NCBI GenBank assembly: GCA_963921275.4 | Contig: OZ001293.3 | Location: forward strand, 5,344,001 to 5,408,000 | Source: an uncultured Hormoscilla sp. | GTDB taxonomy: Bacteria; Cyanobacteriota; Cyanobacteriia; Cyanobacteriales; Desertifilaceae | DNA length: 64,000 bases | Direction of reading: 5' to 3' | In this document: piece after piece, positions 36,572-49,139 of the stretch | Numbering within the stretch: the first letter of the stretch is position 1 | How the letters are laid out: each line of letters starts with the position of its first letter | Notes under the pieces: generated by a model | Told to the model about the DNA's origin: nothing | Seen by the model: the letters and a program-made list of their open reading frames with translations, nothing else | Database searches by the model: none | Translations under genes and position numbers: made by a program

Positions 36572-36781
36572 CCTTGGTTCCCAGAGGGAGTACGCGGCAG
36601 TGCCTTCCGCGTGCCGCGTCCTTCAGGACAAGAGCACGCGGAAGGTGCTGAGCTTTCGCCACGGACAGCTCTTGTCGCCCTCCGGACGCCTCGGACAGGC
36701 GAAACATCCTATGCAACGGATTGACAAAGAGATACTTTGAGAGTAATACCTATGAGGTAATATAATTCTCAGAAGAGGAAA

Positions 36782-37941
36782 ATGACGCAGACGACTCAAT
36801 CGGGCTTAATTTTAATTGCTGGATCTGATAAGGATACCGAAGTCCTAACCCAGACTCTTTTGGAGGCGGGATTGGTAGTGAAGTCAACTGATGGCGAAAA
36901 GGTAATAGAACAGGGATCTCAGGAGCATCCAGATCTGATACTATTGGACAGGCCAGGAACAGAGGCAGGGTCAACTTGCCAGAAGCTGAAGAATAATCCA
37001 GCAACGGCAGATATACCGGTAATTTCCATCGCCGCCTTGGAGGACAAAGAGAATCAAGTCAAAGCACTGCAGTTGGGAGCAGCGGATTACATCACCAAGC
37101 CCTGGGAACCAGAGGAAGTATTAGCCCGTGTCAAATTGCACTTGCAACTGCGCAATTATACTAAGTTACTGATGGGGATGGACAGAATGTCTAGCTTGGG
37201 GAAAATGGTAGGAGGCGTGACTCACGAAATGAATAATGCTGTGGGCTTAGTCTACGGCAATGTGGACCACGCTAATGACTATGTTAAAGACATGCTCAGT
37301 CTGATTGAAGTCTATCAGGATGAATACCCGGAACCGACGGAGGCAGTGGAGGAGGCTGCTGAAGAAGTTGACCTGGAATTCCTGGTGGAAGACTTGGAAA
37401 AAATGCTCAAGTCGATGAAGAACGGGGCGGAACGGATGCGGGATATCGTTATGTCTCTACAGAACTTCTCCCCCATAGATGAAGAGTCCATGAAGCCAAC
37501 GGATATTCATGAGAGCATTGATGGTGTCTTGGTGATCTTGCACAATATCATTAAAAAAGGCATTGAGGTGGTTAAGGAGTATGGTAAACTGTCAAATGTT
37601 ACTTGTTACCCAGCTCTGTTGTCTCAGGTGTTTATGAATACTATTAATTATTGCTTAGAATCGTTGGTAGCGGCAACTGATGCTAAGTCAAAGCCGACTA
37701 TTACTATTCGCACGGAAATGACTGACTTGGAGGCGATCGTCCGCATCGCTGAGAATGGTCCGGGGATGAGCGCGGATGTAGTCGATCGGATATTTGACCC
37801 GTTCTATACATCTGCGGGCAGGTGGGGCTGTCCGTTGCCCGGAATATAATAGAAGCAAAACATGGGGGTAAGTTGAGTTGTACTTATACTCCGGGAGAGG
37901 GGACGGAGTTTGTGATTTATTTGCCCTTGGGTAATTCATAG
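36782..37941 (+). pseudogene. Hybrid receiver-histidine kinase, frameshift near 37820
   Basis: GAADYITKP and THEMNN; tail GLSVARNIIEAKHGG..FVIYLP lies in another frame. Confidence 0.75.
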
Positions 37942-38028
37942 CACAGAACGAGCATTACCGGGCGATCGCCTGGTAATGCTCGGGGGCGGGTATGGTATAT
38001 TATAGATAGCCATCTACAGTAGCTGAAA

Positions 38029-40758
38029 ATGGAAATCCTCTCGGTTAGTCTGAAGAACTTTAAGTCTCACCAGGATAGGTGTTTTAAATTCCAATCGGGC
38101 ACGAATGCTATTTGTGGCGAAAACGGTGTCGGGAAGACGAGTATCTTAGAGGCGATCGCCTGGAGTTTGTTCACCTACAGCGACTACAGCAAGGATGATT
38201 TGGTGCGCAAAGGGGCCAAGACGGCTCAAGTGACAGTACAGTTTATCTCTAGCTTGGACGGACGCACCTATCAAGTACAACGCTGCACCCGCCAGGGTTA
38301 CAAACTCTATGACCCTCAGCTGAATCAAAAGTTGGACTGCACTAAGCTGGATGACGTACAATACTGGCTGCGATCGCATATGCGCCTAGCTTCCGATACG
38401 GACCTGCCGAAGCTGTTTGCGGAGACGATCGGGATCCCCCAAGGCAGCTTTACGACGGACTTCTTAAAACGGGCAGCCGATCGCAAGAATGTTTTTGACC
38501 CAATTTTAAGAGTAGAGGAGTACAGGCAAGCATTCAGCCAGTCTTTGGATCTGGAACATTATGCCCAGTCTCAAGTGACACAGCTCGAACAGCAAATAGC
38601 ACAATATGACGTGCAGTTGCAAGACTGGGAAGAGTTACAAGAGCAACAGGATCGACTCCAGGGTAAAATTAAGGAAGAGTCAGCCGAGTTGGAGCTGCTG
38701 ACTGTAGAATTGGAGAAGATACGGGGACTCAAAGACCAACTGACTGCAACAGCAGAGCAAATTCAACAGCAAAGGGACCAGTTACAAAAGCTGGAAAATG
38801 AGATGAACGGGCAAGAACAGGCAAATATTTTTCTGCAAAAATCACTTGCCACTGCCCAGTCAGCGGCTAGTTTATGCGAGAGTAATCTGGAAAGCTATCG
38901 CGCCTATCAACAGGCGGAGTCTGTACGACTTGAACTTGACGCCCAAGGTGCTGCTAAACAGAAACTTTTGCAGCAACGGGAGGGTTATCAACAGAGGATA
39001 ACTCAAAGTCAAGCTAAACTGACTCAGTTGCAGTTGCAACTGAAAAGTTTGCAACAGGTTGAGGTAGAAATCGAGCGGCTGAAACCGGCGATCGCCCAGC
39101 AAGAAATCCTAGAGTCACAACAAAAAAAAATCGCAGCACAGTTACAGCAACTACAGGCCGCTCGACTGGAACAGCAAAGTTTGGGCAAGCAGGTGACGAA
39201 ACTTCAACAAGAGCTGCAACCCCTATCGGCAGAGATTAAGCATCTACAGAGTTTAACACCTGTAGTCGATCAGATTCCGGAACTGGAACGCCATCGCGAT
39301 CGCGCTCAGGAACAACTGAGTCGCATAGAAGCAGCTAAACAGTTTGAAGCCGATTTGCGGCAAATTGTCAAGTCCGGAGAGGAAAAGCGCGATCGCTACC
39401 TGGCCCAAGCTCAGAAATTGCTCTTGATGCTGCATAATGGAGAGCAGGTAAAGGCGATCCGCGAGATCCTCCAGATGGGTGCGAGTCTCCATGGGGAAAT
39501 GCTGGCGTCTTTAGGACAGATTTTGCAAGATATCTCAGGGCAAGTTTCAGTCCCACAGTTACAGCGGCAACTGCAAGCATTGCAAGGTCAACTGGATCGA
39601 GCTTATCAATCTAAGGCGTTCTTTGCTACCCTAGAAGCGAAAACGCGGAAGTCAACCCAGCTGCGCCAAGAAATTCAACAGCTGCGAGATCGCATCTTAG
39701 AACTAAATAAATCCCTGAAAGCTGAGCCAACCCTGACAAAAGATCGAGAGGAAATCGAACAGGATCTGCAAGCTTTGAACGACCCCCGTGGTCAGAGTAA
39801 ACTATTAGCAGCTCAATTGCAAACAGCAGCTGCCATCCGGGCCAAGTACGATCGACTTCAGGATGGTGACAGGGAAATTTGGGAAAAAATCGCTCGGATC
39901 GATGGGGAATTGGCCAATTTTGCTGACTTGGAAACAGGCATTGAGTCTCAAAAGCAACTCCAACAGTTGCACCGTTCTGGTTATTTGAGCTATATTAAGC
40001 ATGAGGATGAGGCGAAAAAGCTGCCGACTCTCAAGGGAGAAGTTCGGGAGGCGATCGCCCAACTAGAAACCCTATCAACGCAGCGAGTGGCTGCGCAAGC
40101 AAAACACGACCAATTAGTCCAAAGCTACAATCCCCAACGGTTACAGAAAATCAAACGGGATTATAATACCAAAAGCCATCGCCTGGCCCAACTGGAAGGC
40201 AGTTTGCCTCCCAAGCGCCAGCAGTTAACGGTACTCCTGGCACAGTTAGCTATTCGGCAGCAAGTAGCAGAAAAACGCGATCGGGCTAAAACAGAACTAG
40301 GGGAACGGCGAAAGGTCCAGAAATTCATCCGCGACTTCCGTAAGGTTTATAACCAGGCATCGCCGCGCATTACCAAGTACTATTTAGATGAGATTTCCCG
40401 AGAAGCCGATCGGCTATTTCGCGAACTGCTCAACCGCCAAAATGTGGCCTTGGAATGGACAGAAGATTATGAAATTATGGTGCAAGAGTCCGGATATCGG
40501 CGGGGCTTCAAAAGTCTCTCCGGCGGCGAACAGATGTGTGCCGCCTTAGCTGTCCGCTTAGCCTTGCTGAAGATTTTGGCTAATATTGATGTCGCCTTCT
40601 TTGATGAACCGACTACCAATATGGACCAGTCCCGTCGCCGACAACTAGCAGATGCGATCGCCAACATCAAAACCTTCCGACAGCTGTTCGTGATCAGCCA
40701 CGATGACACCTTTGAAAACATGTCTAACATTATACATGTCAAGCCGAATGGCCCATGA
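38029..40758 (+). CDS. sbcC: SbcC/Rad50-like SMC ATPase
   Basis: GENGVGKTS, long coiled coil, LSGGE, FFDEPT, ISHD. Confidence 0.92.
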   Translation: MEILSVSLKNFKSHQDRCFKFQSGTNAICGENGVGKTSILEAIAWSLFTYSDYSKDDLVRKGAKTAQVTVQFISSLDGRTYQVQRCTRQGYKLYDPQLNQKLDCTKLDDVQYWLRSHMRLASDTDLPKLFAETIGIPQGSFTTDFLKRAADRKNVFDPILRVEEYRQAFSQSLDLEHYAQSQVTQLEQQIAQYDVQLQDWEELQEQQDRLQGKIKEESAELELLTVELEKIRGLKDQLTATAEQIQQQRDQLQKLENEMNGQEQANIFLQKSLATAQSAASLCESNLESYRAYQQAESVRLELDAQGAAKQKLLQQREGYQQRITQSQAKLTQLQLQLKSLQQVEVEIERLKPAIAQQEILESQQKKIAAQLQQLQAARLEQQSLGKQVTKLQQELQPLSAEIKHLQSLTPVVDQIPELERHRDRAQEQLSRIEAAKQFEADLRQIVKSGEEKRDRYLAQAQKLLLMLHNGEQVKAIREILQMGASLHGEMLASLGQILQDISGQVSVPQLQRQLQALQGQLDRAYQSKAFFATLEAKTRKSTQLRQEIQQLRDRILELNKSLKAEPTLTKDREEIEQDLQALNDPRGQSKLLAAQLQTAAAIRAKYDRLQDGDREIWEKIARIDGELANFADLETGIESQKQLQQLHRSGYLSYIKHEDEAKKLPTLKGEVREAIAQLETLSTQRVAAQAKHDQLVQSYNPQRLQKIKRDYNTKSHRLAQLEGSLPPKRQQLTVLLAQLAIRQQVAEKRDRAKTELGERRKVQKFIRDFRKVYNQASPRITKYYLDEISREADRLFRELLNRQNVALEWTEDYEIMVQESGYRRGFKSLSGGEQMCAALAVRLALLKILANIDVAFFDEPTTNMDQSRRRQLADAIANIKTFRQLFVISHDDTFENMSNIIHVKPNGP

Positions 40759-41173
40759 TAGCGACGATCTCTCATGTAGTATTCAGCCATTTCCTCATAC
40801 CATTTTAATTTAATAATGATACAGTTAGTAGACAGCTCAAGGAGCTCATAACAGAGTTGCCGATTCCCCCCAACCCCCCCTTGCAAAACTATGCCTTACT
40901 CACATATTTTTTAACATTTCGAGGTGGAGCAGGGAGCACCCGAGCAGGGAGCAGGGAGAGGGGAGCACCCGAGCACGTAGCGTAGCGTTAGCCATGTAGG
41001 GATCATAGAGCGCGGTAAAAGTCAAGCCCCAAGCTAACGTTAAGCATCGAAACTCTTGCACCATAAGTCTTTCAAGATTGTAAAGAATTATGTGAGTAAT
41101 GGTAAGCCGTGGCAATTGAATTTCGGGGGGTTTGGGGGGATCTTAACTGTTTCATCACCAAAGAAAATTGGTA

Positions 41174-41725
41174 TCATCCTATTTCGCTAGCATTTTCAGA
41201 AATGGTTAACTGCCGATCCGGCGATGGACTAGCGGCGATCGCTCTCGGACAGGCCCAATTGGCGGGCAGCATCGCTGGCCATCCCCGGCGTAGGGCCTCG
41301 GGACAGATAGTATGAATTGTCAACTGGCAGTCAATCAGCTGCAATCCTGATTTTTCCGCCTGTTTGAGACCTTGTTTTAAGATCGTGTCATTTTTGAACT
41401 CCAGGGTCTGGTTGCACTGCACGCAGACGATGTGATGGTGGTGATGGGGGTAAGGATGGTTGAGTTCATAATGCTTATGCCCTTCTGCCAACTCCAGTTC
41501 TCGCAGGATGCCCATGCGGGTCATCAACTTCACCGTCCGGTAGATCGTGGACAGAGAGATCTGTTCTCCCCGCTGTTGTAAGAGTTCGTAAAGTTCTTCA
41601 GCACTCAGATGGTTGCCTCTCGGCAGATTTTGGAAGACATGCAGAATCGTTTCCCGTTGCGGCGTCAAACGCCAACCCTTTGAATTTAACTCTGCTTTCA
41701 GAGACGAAGCTGTGTACAGAGACAT
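41174..41725 (-). CDS. fur: Ferric uptake regulator
   Basis: RLTPQRE, HLSAEEL, STIYRT, HHHHIVCVQC. Confidence 0.93.
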   Translation of the reverse strand: MSLYTASSLKAELNSKGWRLTPQRETILHVFQNLPRGNHLSAEELYELLQQRGEQISLSTIYRTVKLMTRMGILRELELAEGHKHYELNHPYPHHHHHIVCVQCNQTLEFKNDTILKQGLKQAEKSGLQLIDCQLTIHTICPEALRRGWPAMLPANWACPRAIAASPSPDRQLTISENASEIG

Positions 41726-42057
41726 CTTAACATACCTTCTCAATAAATTATCTTTGTTGAAAATTATAAATCTTTTGCGAGCAAATTGGCAACAAATGGA
41801 TCTAATTGAGAATAACTATTATTAATCCCCCAATTCCAGGTTCGTAGTCAGGACTTTAGTCCTGCTGCTGCCGGTGGGTAGCAACTGTATAAACCCAACC
41901 GGCGATCGAGTATCAAGAGCGGTGTCCAAGGGATCGATCGCCAACATTGGTTCAATTCCCGACTGCTGCATTACGGTTTCCGACTGCTGTACTACGACTC
42001 TTGACTGTGTACTACAGTTCCCGACTATGTACTACGGTTTGTGCGATGATTGCACGA

Positions 42058-42120
42058 ACGTCTCCCAATATACAAGGTTGGGTTTCGTGCCTCAACCCAA
42101 CCTTGTATATTGGGAGACGT
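42058..42120. repeat. Long near-perfect palindrome around a REP-like core
   Basis: ACGTCTCCCAATATACAAGGTTGGGTT / AACCCAACCTTGTATATTGGGAGACGT. Confidence 0.85.
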
Positions 42121-42199
42121 GATAGACTGCCCCAACCTTGGTCGGAAAAGACCGCTTTGTAGCACGGGTCCCCACAAAAATCTCTCTGATAGAACTCGA

Positions 42200-45100
42200 A
42201 CAGTCGCCAGGGTCAAGGTAGCACGCACCTGCCACTCCTGCTGGTCAGACCACACTATTCCCTCCGAAGCGATTATTTTTAGCATGCGCTTGAATAGTCG
42301 TCTGTGGCTGGGAACTATGCCTAACCTTTGGCTAGCTGCCTCAGTGGTGAAGCGATCGCCTACCAAGTACGGCCACCCCAGCTCTAGCAATGCTTGCACT
42401 ATATACTCAATGCTTAATTCTTCTAAGCTAGCTGCGCTTTGGGAAGAGCTTTTCTGGTCTACCGTTGCTACCAACTCTGTCAGACTCTGGCTCAACTGCT
42501 GCTCTATTTCTACCGGTTCCAGCATGTCCGACGTTGGCAGCAGTCTACCCAAACACCCTTTTGCTCTCCATTCTACTTCGTACAACCAGTCATTAATAGA
42601 TTCCGCTTCCGTTCCCAGTAGCGTTTGAGGCGTTGCCTGTTTTACTCGCAACCCTTCTACTAGAGCAACTATCTCTCCCTCTGGACTCACCACGGTCACT
42701 TGCGTGCTTAGACTTTCTGCACTTTTTCCCTCTGACTCCGTTAGGGACGCGATCGCCCACAGTTCTACTCCCGGACGAGTATGTATTTCTAACTTGTCCA
42801 TCCCTACTGGCAAGTAGGTTTTCTCATTGTTTGTCTCAGGCAGTACGTGATATGTTATCTGGAACGCTGCATCTAACAATGCCGGATGGAACTGATACTC
42901 CCTTGCTTCTTCTACCAACCCTTGGGGTAACTTGATCTTCGCCACTGCCAAGTTGGCTCCCGCACGCAAACTTTTAACGCCTTGGAAACTGCTGCCGTAG
43001 TCAATCCCTATTTCCGGACATTTTTGATAATGTTGTTTTACCTCTATGTCCCGGTTACAATCAGCCCAGTACTTTTCTATCTCTACTTTCTTTTTACTTG
43101 TCTCGGTCTGGAGGGGTTTGATTTTCCCTGTCGCGTGGAGACGTCACTCTTCCCCTTCTTCGCTTTCCCTTGACTCCTGGCTAAATATTTGCCATTTGTA
43201 TGTTTCTTTCTCTAATAGTGTCAGGATTGTCTGAACTGAAAACTGTTCCCCTGGAGACCAACTAAAGCCACGTCCAATTACTAGGTCTTCTACCACTACC
43301 CTGAGAGTCTTAAATCGGTTCTGCGCTGCTGCCGCTGCTATTTCCAAATAGGCTGTTGCCGGAAATAGGGCTTTATTGAATACTTTGTGATCCCTGAGGT
43401 TGCTTAGCTCTTTTTACTCTAAATATAATTAAAATAGTTTTTGTTCCCCAGCAAAATTTACTTTTTCACCTAACAGAGGGTGGAGCTTTTTCGACAAATA
43501 CTGCTTTTTCTGGTATTTATTTATATTTTCTATCCAGTAACATTCTCTCTGGAATGGATAAGTGGGCAATGCTACTTTCCGACGTCCGTAATCTCTGTCA
43601 AACCCCGACCAATCTACTTGGGTTCCCCGCACGTATAACTGTCCCAAACTCTCCAGCATCTGCTGCCATTCTTCTTTTTCCGGGCGTAGCGAAGGCAACC
43701 ATACTCTTCTATCTTCCGACAAACACTGACGCCCAATACCCAACAGAATTGGTTTTGGTCCTATTTCTAGGAATATCTCATATTTTCCTTCCAGCAGCGT
43801 TTGCATACTCTGGGCAAACCGCACTGGTTGTCGCACATGTTCTACCTAATATGCCGCCTCCGCTATTTCATCTCCCACTTGCAGTCCGCTTACATTAGAT
43901 ATCAGTGCTTTCTGAGGCTTACTATAGGTTCCTTCTTTGGCTACTGCTTCAAAAGAAACCAACATTGGTTCCATTAATGGTGAATGAAAGGCGTGAGATA
44001 CCTGCAATTGTTTGGTTTTGATTCCTTCTGATTCTAAACTGCTGACGATCGCCCTTACTACTTCGGACTCGCCAGAAATTACTACGCCTTCTGGACCGTT
44101 GATGGCCGCGATCGCTACTCTATCTGCGTAGAGCGCGATCGCCTCTAGTGCCTCTGACTCAGAAGTCATGAGGGAAACCATCGCCCCACCAGCAGGCAAC
44201 TGCTGCATCAACCGCCCCCGCATGGCAATTAATTTCAGACCGTCTTCTAGACTAAAAACTCCTGCTATGCAAGCAGCCACGTATTCACCCACACTGTGAC
44301 CCATTACCACCTTGGGTTTAATACCCCAAGATTCCCATAATTTAGCCAGAGCATATTCCATAGCAAACAGCGCTGGTTGCGTATAAGCGGTTTGGTCTAT
44401 CAACTGGAGCGACTGCTGTCGTGAGAATGAACTTTCTTTATTCTCTAAAACTCCTTCTGTTGGACTATTATCTGGATACAGTACTCTAATAGAGGCACTT
44501 CTAGATATAAGGAGAGTATTTCATTGCATCGGTCGATCTTTTTTCTAAAGGTGGGTTGCGTCTCATATAACCGCCTTCCCATTTGTAGGTATTGAGACCC
44601 TTGACCCGTGAACATAAATGCGATCGGGCGACTTTCTGCTAATCCTTTCGCCACTCTGTTTGTCTCATTATCCTTGAGTAAATCTGCTAATCCTTTCTGT
44701 AACTCATCCCTAGACCCTGCGACTACTGCCAGTCTTTCTGCAAAATCTGTACGTCCTGTATTTGCACTGAAGCAAAGGTCTGGAAGCGCTGCTGGAGCAT
44801 CTGACTGCAAATAACTTTCATATTTTGTCGCCAGTTCCCTCAGAGCTTTCTTCGTCTGGGCTGAGAGTTTTAATATCTGTAGCGGACGCTGTAGCGAGCT
44901 CTTCTGAGTTTCCTGTTCTGGGGGATCTTCAAACACAATATGAGCATTAACTCCACCAATCCCAAAGGAACTCACTCCAGCCCGTAGTTGAATCACAACT
45001 CCTGCTTGTGTCTTCAATTGTTCCCATTCTTGCGTTTCCCTCACGATGTAAAATGGGCTTCCCTCTAGCTCTATGCGGGGATTTAAGTGCTGAAAGTTAA

Positions 45101-46150
45101 CAATTTTGGGCAATTTACGATGCTTCATTGCCAACATAATTTTGATCGTCCCTGCAATTCCTGCTGCTGCTTCGGTATGTCCAATATTACTTTTCACTGC
45201 CCCTAAACCACAATAGGATTTTTCATACCTTTCTAATCCATACTGTTGATATAGTTGTCTAAATCCTCGTTTCAGAGCATTAATTTCAATCGGGTCTCCC
45301 AAGGGTTTACCAGTCCCATGAGCTTCAATATAAGATACTGTATTAGGGGCAACATTTGCTTTTGTATAAGCTGTTCGCAGCACTTGCGCTTGCCCATAAA
45401 CATTCGGAGAAGTCAAGGTTCTGGCTTTCCCTCCGTGATTAACCGCACTCCCTTTTATCACACCGTAAATGCGATCCCTATCTTCTCTCGCTTTCCCCAG
45501 GAACTTTAATAAAATTACTCCAGCTCCTTCTCCCCTAACGTAGCCATCTGCCTCACTGTCAAAGGTTTTACATTGTCCTGTCGGGGATAACATCCCCAGT
45601 TGACTCATTTGGATGTATCTTGTTGGCGTACAACACACACTTACCCCACCCACAAGTGCCATTTCACATTCCGATTCTTTGATCGCCTTATTGGCATAAT
45701 GAATAGCTACTAATGAGCTTGAACAAGCTGTATCTATAGGGATGCTAGGACCATTAAAGTTGAACCAGGAAGAAATGCGATTCGGTAGCATACAAGTCCA
45801 AGTTCCTGTACCACTATGTTCGTTGACATTTTCTTCATATCTATTTTGCAATATCATAGTCGTAATTACAAACCCCGATAAATACACATACTTGACTTCC
45901 TGACAGTTCTAATAGTGAATAACCAGCATCTTCCAGACAAGACCAACTCAACTCCAACATTATTCTCTGTTGAGGGTCCATTCTTGTTGCTTCTCTGGGG
46001 GATATCCCGAATAACTGGGCATCAAACTGTTCTATCCCTTCAATCAGTCCTCCCCATTTACTAATCGTTTTATTTGGTACTTCTGGATTGGGCGAATAAT
46101 ACGACTTCCCACCTTCGGGCTGGAATTTCACTAATACTATTTACTCCTTT
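42200..46150 (-). pseudogene. cis-AT type I PKS module (KS-AT-DH-truncated putative C-methyltransferase region), fragmented
   Basis: DTACSSS, EAHGTG, KSNIGH; GHSVG and HAFH; DHKVFNKALFPA; multiple stops and frameshifts. Confidence 0.9.
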
Positions 46151-46151
46151 C

Positions 46152-47534
46152 GGTTCTTCTCAATCTAGTATGCTAAAATAGGTCTTGAAGTTGATGCGCC
46201 CGCTCAACGGGAGATCCTGAAAACCGGAAAACCTTTTCCAGCTTGACATTCAGCAACTAGCTAGTTGTGGTATAATATAGATGCGCGAAAAAACAGGGAG
46301 AATTTATAAGATGCCACGCTCGAATCTAAAAATACTAACAACATTGTTAAACATTCCAGAGGTGAAAGTTGTCGGGTATACTGAGACTCATTTAACAGAA
46401 GTGATGATGACAATTGAGGCAGAAAAAAAAGAAGCAATTTGCCCTAGATGTCATCAAAAAAGTCTTGCATCAGAACCATAATTATTTAATTAAGGATTTG
46501 CCCTGGGGAGAAAAAAAAGTTTTTCTCAAAATCAATCGCCGTGCGCTCGCTGTTTGAAACCGTGAGAAATTGTCATATGTAGAAGGTCGGCGTAAATGTA
46601 CGAAGAGACTGGGAGAACAAGTGGTTCGAGAAGTATTAAATGGGGATATTATTAATGTAGCGCTTCGGTATGACTTAAAAGAATCTGAGGTTCAACAAAT
46701 GCTATCTGGACAGGTGAAAATTGAACCGAACTAAAAAAGCTAGGGATCGATGAAATTGCATTGGTAAAAGGACAAGGTAATTATTTAGCTGTTTTAGCCG
46801 TGTCTCCTGGGAGCGCTATTCGCACTACCCAGGAGACGTGGATGTTGAGAATAGCAAACTTCTGGAAATAGTGAAGTCTCGGCGACAAGAAGATCTGCGA
46901 GAAGTCTTGCTATCATGGGGTCCCGAGGTGTTGAATGGTATTGAAGAAGTGAGTATGTGGAAACCGTATCAAAGTTTAGTGGAAGAATTGATGCCTAATG
47001 CTGAAGTTATAGCTGACCGTGTGACTAAGCAAGTAAATGAAGAGCTAGATAATTGTCGAAAACAAATCAAGAATGAAGCTAAAAAACTTAAGAGAAAGTC
47101 AGAAAAAGAAGAGATATCGTCGGTATTAAATAAAAGGAAAGCTCATAAAAAATCAAGAAAAATTTAAAGAAGAACAAGAAATTAAGCTGAAATAAATTCA
47201 AGAAAAAATTCCTAAATTGGGAAAAATGCACCGAGGAGCAGCTACATATATGAGAGGTCCGAAAAGTCGGAAAATCCTACCTTACAAATCCTCGATTGGA
47301 TCCTAGAGGCAAGAGAGGATTTTCCCGTGTGAAGACAATTATTCGATGGTTCGGAGAAATTGTAGGTGATTTTGAATCGGGGACAACTCAAGGGACTGTG
47401 TCAGGAATAAATAACCGTCTCAAGTTAATCAAACGTAAGGGATATGGATTCAGAAATCTGGAAAATTTTCGCTTGCGTAGTCTCCTTTCCTGGTGCTTTT
47501 AGCCTCAATCTAGCATACTAGATTGAGAAGAGCC
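46152..47534 (+). mobile_element. ISL3-family element, decayed
   Basis: 24-bp TIRs GG(T/C)TCTTCTCAATCTAGTATGCTA; GIDEIALVKG; GINNRLKLIKRKGYGFRN. Confidence 0.9.
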
Positions 47535-47930
47535 AAAATTTTCTGGGAGTAACTGTTTCAGTTCGGCGCTACCACGGGTTGGAGCCAAAAGCAGAACGTT
47601 GGTCACTGGTGGCTACCCATAACCAATACTTAATCCCATCAATGCCATAAGTTGTCTCCTCCACAGAGCCCACAGCAGGTTTTTGTACATAAGCTAGCCA
47701 CTTTTGATAACTTGGCTCTCAACTTTCGCGCTTTCCACCGGTGCATCGAAGCTAAACTACCTTGGGAAATTGCTACAGCCAATACATGTTCGACAAAATA
47801 CTCTTGCTTTCGCCAGGTCAGGTTGCCACCATTCAAGCGCCAACCAACAACACTGCCATCTCGTCAGCAGGGATGGTGGAGGTCATCTGTGAGGTCTGTA
47901 GTGCAGCAGTAAAGGTCATATAAGCTAGTA
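47535..47930 (-). mobile_element. IS66-family transposase remnant
   Basis: ETTYGIDGIKYWLWVATS..LLAPTRGSAELKQLL across shifted frames. Confidence 0.55.
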
Positions 47931-48084
47931 TACTCCAAGGGGAGCCTATCTCTGTCAGCCGAGGGGAAGTTGTACCCTAGTCCTGAGAGCTGAAATTCTT
48001 ATATGGCAATGGTAGGGAGCGATTTTACACCGTGGATGTTTATAGCAATGAGCAAGTTATCCATTCTCAATAAGCTTTATTTAT

Positions 48085-48366
48085 TGCTGTGAGCAGTTAC
48101 GAGAAATCGCTACCCTCAAACATTGGTTTTGGTCTGAAAACTCTGTCTTGTCTGTCGCGTTCAGCCCCGATGGCAAGACTTTAGCCAGTGGCAGTGGTGA
48201 CGATACTATCAAACTCTGGAATTTGGAGACATTCCGAAAAATCGCTACCCTCAAGGGGCATTCAGACTTGGTCTGGTCCGTCGCCTTCAGCCCCGATGGC
48301 AAGACTTTAGTCAGTGGCAGTTGGGACGGTACTATCAAGATTTGGCGGGCAGGAGTAAGCAACTGA
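48085..48366 (+). pseudogene. WD40-repeat protein C-terminal fragment
   Basis: SVAFSPDGKTL.SGS.D.TIK.W twice. Confidence 0.8.
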
Positions 48367-48499
48367 AAGGGAAAAGTGGGAAACGTGGTTTGCCACGGCA
48401 TAGAAGAGATAATCTAACCAACAGCGTAGTGAGTAAACTTACGCATAAACGGAGAATGAAACCCGATAACAATGTCCTGGTTGTCTACGCCTCTTGCTA

Positions 48500-48743
48500 T
48501 TAATTCAGCCGCCAAGTCTATCTCCGTTGCATTCTACTGAATCCAGATTTTTTCATCTTTGATATCCAAATGAATTATACAACTATGTATCCATGTTTGC
48601 CGGTCCCAACCCAGGTAAACAGTTTGGTAATGATTCCGTTCTACATCGAAAATCGTTTCAACTTCTATTTCGCCGTGTGCTAGTTGACTGTAATCTAATA
48701 ACAATTCTTGAATCCAATGACGATCTGCTTCTAGTTTTTCCAT
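48500..48743 (-). pseudogene. xisI: XisI-family protein with an internal TAG
   Basis: FDVERNHYQ..HLDIKDEKIWIQ*NATE. Confidence 0.8.
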
Positions 48744-49139
48744 TGGACGAGTACCTCCTCTTCCGGCTCGTATATAATTAGCTTAACTGAATTCTCTTCA
48801 ATCATTATTTTGGGAAACTATAGTTGAAAAAACGTGTTATATGCTATTATCGATACCGCAAGATAAAGATTTATTTCAGCTTCTTTTACGCTCAAGGCTA
48901 TTCTGTAATTTATGTATTGTCCTAATGCTGTATGAAATTCAGCGAGCGCCGATGCTTGCGGTAAAAAAACTTGATTTTAACAGCAATTTTTCCTGGCTGT
49001 TTTCCGCTGCGATTAAAGTTTCAGCCCCAGGTATATTAACGACCTTTCCATACACAATAGGAAATGGGTCGTGAGTTATTTGCCATCCCTCTTTGATTAA
49101 CGCATTTTTAACGGCTGCGTGAAATGGATCGTTTGACAT
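48731..49139 (-). pseudogene. xisH: XisH-family protein, frameshifted
   Basis: FHAAVKNALIKEGWQITHDP; ALGQYINYR; overlaps the xisI start. Confidence 0.8.

Noticed and set aside
42960..43240. Suspected IS inside the PKS
   Set aside because: It translates as continuous dehydratase-domain sequence with one Trp-to-TGA stop.
48500..49139. xisH/xisI as evidence of a developmentally excised element
   Set aside because: Both genes are broken, no recombinase is adjacent, and these pairs are commonly scattered in cyanobacterial genomes.
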